Made by a program: the position numbers and the translations under genes | Part shown: positions 61,307-64,000 of the stretch, piece by piece | How positions within the stretch are numbered: position 1 is the stretch's first letter | Layout: each line of letters starts with the position of its first letter | From: Nematocida ausubeli | Taxonomy: Eukaryota | Length of the DNA: 64,000 bases | Reading direction: 5' to 3' | Assembly: GCF_000738915.1 (NCBI RefSeq) | Contig: NW_026515634.1 | Location: forward strand, 248,001-312,000 | Notes under the pieces: model-generated | What the model saw: the letters and a program-made list of their open reading frames with translations, nothing else | Databases searched by the model: none | What the model was told of the DNA's origin: nothing

Positions 61307-63520
61307 TTATTCAAGTAATGGCGAAGACTTAAGAGGAACAACCATTCTAAAACGAAGGTTATCCTTGTCCTCTATCCGAATAAAGAATCCTATTCTTATA
61401 AACTGCCAGTAAACACCCACAGGTGATTTGGCTATCTCTGGCGAGACACGCGCAGTCTTATATTCTGCAATTTCTTTATCGTGCACGATTTCAAGAATGG
61501 CAGTAGGCGCATCAGTTGGCAGCCAAGGCACCACTGCATTGTGTGTGTCCTTAGACTTTCCAAGAATACGCTTCTCCTCATCCACAAGCTTCAACGGGCC
61601 TATATCCTTTAGGAAGACAGTAGTATCTCTTTGTATTCTGTAGAAGGATGGGTCAGGCTCACCTGCTCTAAAGTCCTTTCTATCTACAAGAATTGTTCCA
61701 GTGGGCACCTCAATTGTGAGTGGATCAAGAATAGCAGTAGACTTAGAAGACAGGAAAAGGTCCTCTCGAATGATATTTTCAAGAACGTGCTGTGGGGTCT
61801 CGCTTGCCACTGTTGTAATTCCAAGTGACTCCACAAATCTGCGAATACTGTGGGCAGGCACTCCCTTGCTTCGAAGGCCCTCTAGAGTGCTAAGTCTTGG
61901 ATCGTCCCATCCGGTGAATTTCTTCTCATTGATTGACTTGGTTATGTACCGCTTGCTTAGAAGGGCTCCTGTGATGTTGAGCCTTGAGTACTCCCACTGC
62001 ACAGGCCTATAGAGATCCAGCGCATCGCACAGCCAGTTGTAGCTTGCCCGCGAGTTGATGAACTCGGTCGTGCAGAACGAGTGTGTTATGTCCTCGAACG
62101 AATCAGTCAAACAGTGTGTAAAGTCATACGATGGATAGATGACCCACTTGTCTCCCGTGCGCACATGCGGGTGCTTCACCACCCGGTATGCAATCAGATC
62201 CCACAGCTGTGGATTGTCGCTTGTCATGTCCATCTTCATTCTTAGAACAGCCTCCCCTTCTTCATAGTGCCCATCCTTCATCTTCTGGAAGAGCTCAAGG
62301 TTTTCCTCAATTGGCCTGTCTCTCCATGGGCTGATAACTCTTTCGCCTGCATCCTCTCCTGCAGCTTCCTTTTCTTTGCATTCATCAATCTTTGTTGCCA
62401 TGGTCTCTTTCCTCTTTTCTGCAACCTCTTTTCGCGACAGATGGCATATATACGCCTTTCCTCGCTTGATCAGCTCAACTGCGCATTCGTACAGCCTATC
62501 AAAATAATCAGACGCATTTGTGATTTCATCTGGCTTGAAACCCATCCACTCAACCATCTCTTTTATTTTTTCATAGTACTTCGTCTTCTCTGCCTTTGGA
62601 TTTGTGTCGTCGTATCGCAGAGATATCCATCCATCATAGAACTCCTTATACCCGAAGTTTATACTCATAGCCTTTGCATGGCCAACGTGCAAGTGGCCAT
62701 TTGGCTCTGGTGGAAACCGCACGCGCACCTGCCCCCGTGTTCTCTTGATGTGCTCTCGAAGAATCTCGTTGTTTTTTTGGTAGTTCGTAAAGGGCGTGTG
62801 CATTGTTTGCATTTCTCCCTCAAGATACCGCGTCCATTTTCTGTCTTTGCTGTTGTACAGCTCATCTGAAATTGTCAATTGTTGGAATTTTTTATTTATT
62901 GTTCGAGTCGGCGGGTGTGCTTGTGTTGCCATTTCAAGCAGCTCATTAATCATTTCATCTGTCAGGCCACCCACACTCTTTTCTAGCTTTTTTCCCTTCC
63001 CCTCAGCCACGCTTTTTATTTCCAGCCTGCCCATCAGCTCAAGAATCGTTTTTGGCGCCACAAACTGCAGCCTTGGATGGTGCTTCAGCTCTCTCAGCAC
63101 TTTTGCCTTTGGCTCGCCTGCATTCTCCTGCATGATAGCAGCCGCAACATTTTCCATCTCTGGCAGAGACGGTATGTTTCGATGCATCTGCTCTACAATC
63201 TCATCAACACTCATCTCGCGTGTACTGTGTTTTATAATACTCTCTGCATTTCTAATATCGATTTCTGTTTTTATTTCTGTCTTTTTAATCAGCTCAACAC
63301 ATATTTTTGCAGTACTTGCGCTATTTGCTAATTCAATTACCTTATACAGGAGCTTTTTCTGCTCAGAATCTAGATTCTCTGGGGTTTCTATCTCTGCTTC
63401 AATAGCTTCAAGCACATTTCTCACCCTTTTGTTCTCCAGCAGCTCTTGCGCTTTAGCTTCTTTTATTCCGACTTTGGCTAAATAGTCTAGGCCCTTTTTC
63501 TTTTCGCTTTGCAAGCTCAT
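61307..63520 (-). CDS. GLN4: Glutaminyl-tRNA synthetase
   Basis: RFPPEPNGHLHVGHAK, RYDDTNP, IYPSYDFTHC, QWEYSRLN, LSKR and GWDDPRL motifs. Confidence 0.96.
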   Translation of the reverse strand: MSLQSEKKKGLDYLAKVGIKEAKAQELLENKRVRNVLEAIEAEIETPENLDSEQKKLLYKVIELANSASTAKICVELIKKTEIKTEIDIRNAESIIKHSTREMSVDEIVEQMHRNIPSLPEMENVAAAIMQENAGEPKAKVLRELKHHPRLQFVAPKTILELMGRLEIKSVAEGKGKKLEKSVGGLTDEMINELLEMATQAHPPTRTINKKFQQLTISDELYNSKDRKWTRYLEGEMQTMHTPFTNYQKNNEILREHIKRTRGQVRVRFPPEPNGHLHVGHAKAMSINFGYKEFYDGWISLRYDDTNPKAEKTKYYEKIKEMVEWMGFKPDEITNASDYFDRLYECAVELIKRGKAYICHLSRKEVAEKRKETMATKIDECKEKEAAGEDAGERVISPWRDRPIEENLELFQKMKDGHYEEGEAVLRMKMDMTSDNPQLWDLIAYRVVKHPHVRTGDKWVIYPSYDFTHCLTDSFEDITHSFCTTEFINSRASYNWLCDALDLYRPVQWEYSRLNITGALLSKRYITKSINEKKFTGWDDPRLSTLEGLRSKGVPAHSIRRFVESLGITTVASETPQHVLENIIREDLFLSSKSTAILDPLTIEVPTGTILVDRKDFRAGEPDPSFYRIQRDTTVFLKDIGPLKLVDEEKRILGKSKDTHNAVVPWLPTDAPTAILEIVHDKEIAEYKTARVSPEIAKSPVGVYWQFIRIGFFIRIEDKDNLRFRMVVPLKSSPLLE

Positions 63521-63547
63521 TACAAAAATAAAATTTCAAATTTATTT

Positions 63548-64000
63548 ATGCTTGTTGAAGTCGATAAAGTTTCAATCCAGAGAAGAGGATATCGTCCTTT
63601 TTGGATGGGATCACAGCCTCTTTTTTCAGTAAAGGTTAAATGCAACCAGACAGAATCCCCTGTGGTCTCTGTGAATAACAGAAGAAGTTGTAGAATAGGG
63701 CTTGTGTTTGAAACAAATGCATCTGAAGATCAACTTGCTCTTGTGTTAACACTTAACAATGAAATTGTAAACATTCCTCTTGTATTAGACACATTTGTGA
63801 TTCCTGTTTTGTTTAAAAACTACAAAGTGACTATCTTTGTGAGAGTCATAGACCGGCCTTACTTTTCTCTTTACGAAATGAACTCGCTGCAGATGTCTTT
63901 GACAGATCCATCCGATTTGGTTCCAAATATCCAGTCCTTTTCAACCTACTACAGCACGAAAAATGGCCTGATCAAGCGCTATTTATACGACGGAAACAGC
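63548..64000 (+). CDS. Partial hypothetical CDS running off the window end (not in ORF track)
   Basis: ATG at 63548 with 151 open codons to 64000 (MLVEVDKVSIQRRGYRPFW...YLYDGNS). The beta-rich N-terminus is possibly C2-like. Confidence 0.75.
   Translation, partial: MLVEVDKVSIQRRGYRPFWMGSQPLFSVKVKCNQTESPVVSVNNRRSCRIGLVFETNASEDQLALVLTLNNEIVNIPLVLDTFVIPVLFKNYKVTIFVRVIDRPYFSLYEMNSLQMSLTDPSDLVPNIQSFSTYYSTKNGLIKRYLYDGNS

Overview
Gene-dense eukaryotic DNA with no visible introns, from a microsporidian. It looks most like Nematocida; this is inferred from divergent fungal-type housekeeping proteins, very short intergenic spacers, CCC/GGG start-context motifs and an uninterrupted RPS17. About 40 CDSs are present. 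The conserved core set includes Nup155, APC1, Dib1, Ltn1, TyrRS, RIO1, RPC17, TPS2, POT1, PCNA, Cbf5, Swd2, RFX, Arl8, SR-beta, Nog1, Pol alpha, Bud20, RhoGAP, Mus81, RanGAP, GPI, RPS6, RPS17 and GlnRS. Four lineage-specific secreted proteins sit beside longer AT-rich non-coding DNA. No rRNA, tRNA, CRISPR array or intact mobile element was found, and there is one 285-nt assembly gap. The most interesting observations are: (1) a WNK/NRBP-type pseudokinase with a CCT-like domain and twin SAM-like repeats; (2) a probable MEIOB-like meiotic OB-fold protein; (3) two spliceosome-related genes (Dib1 and a U2AF65/UHM-like protein) in a window with no visible introns; (4) an AT-rich island encoding a His/Cys-rich and a Ser-rich repeat secreted protein; (5) a secreted protein with an N/Y-rich prion-like tail; (6) divergent gene pairs whose start codons are only 5-30 bp apart. 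All family assignments come from motif recognition by eye, not database searches.
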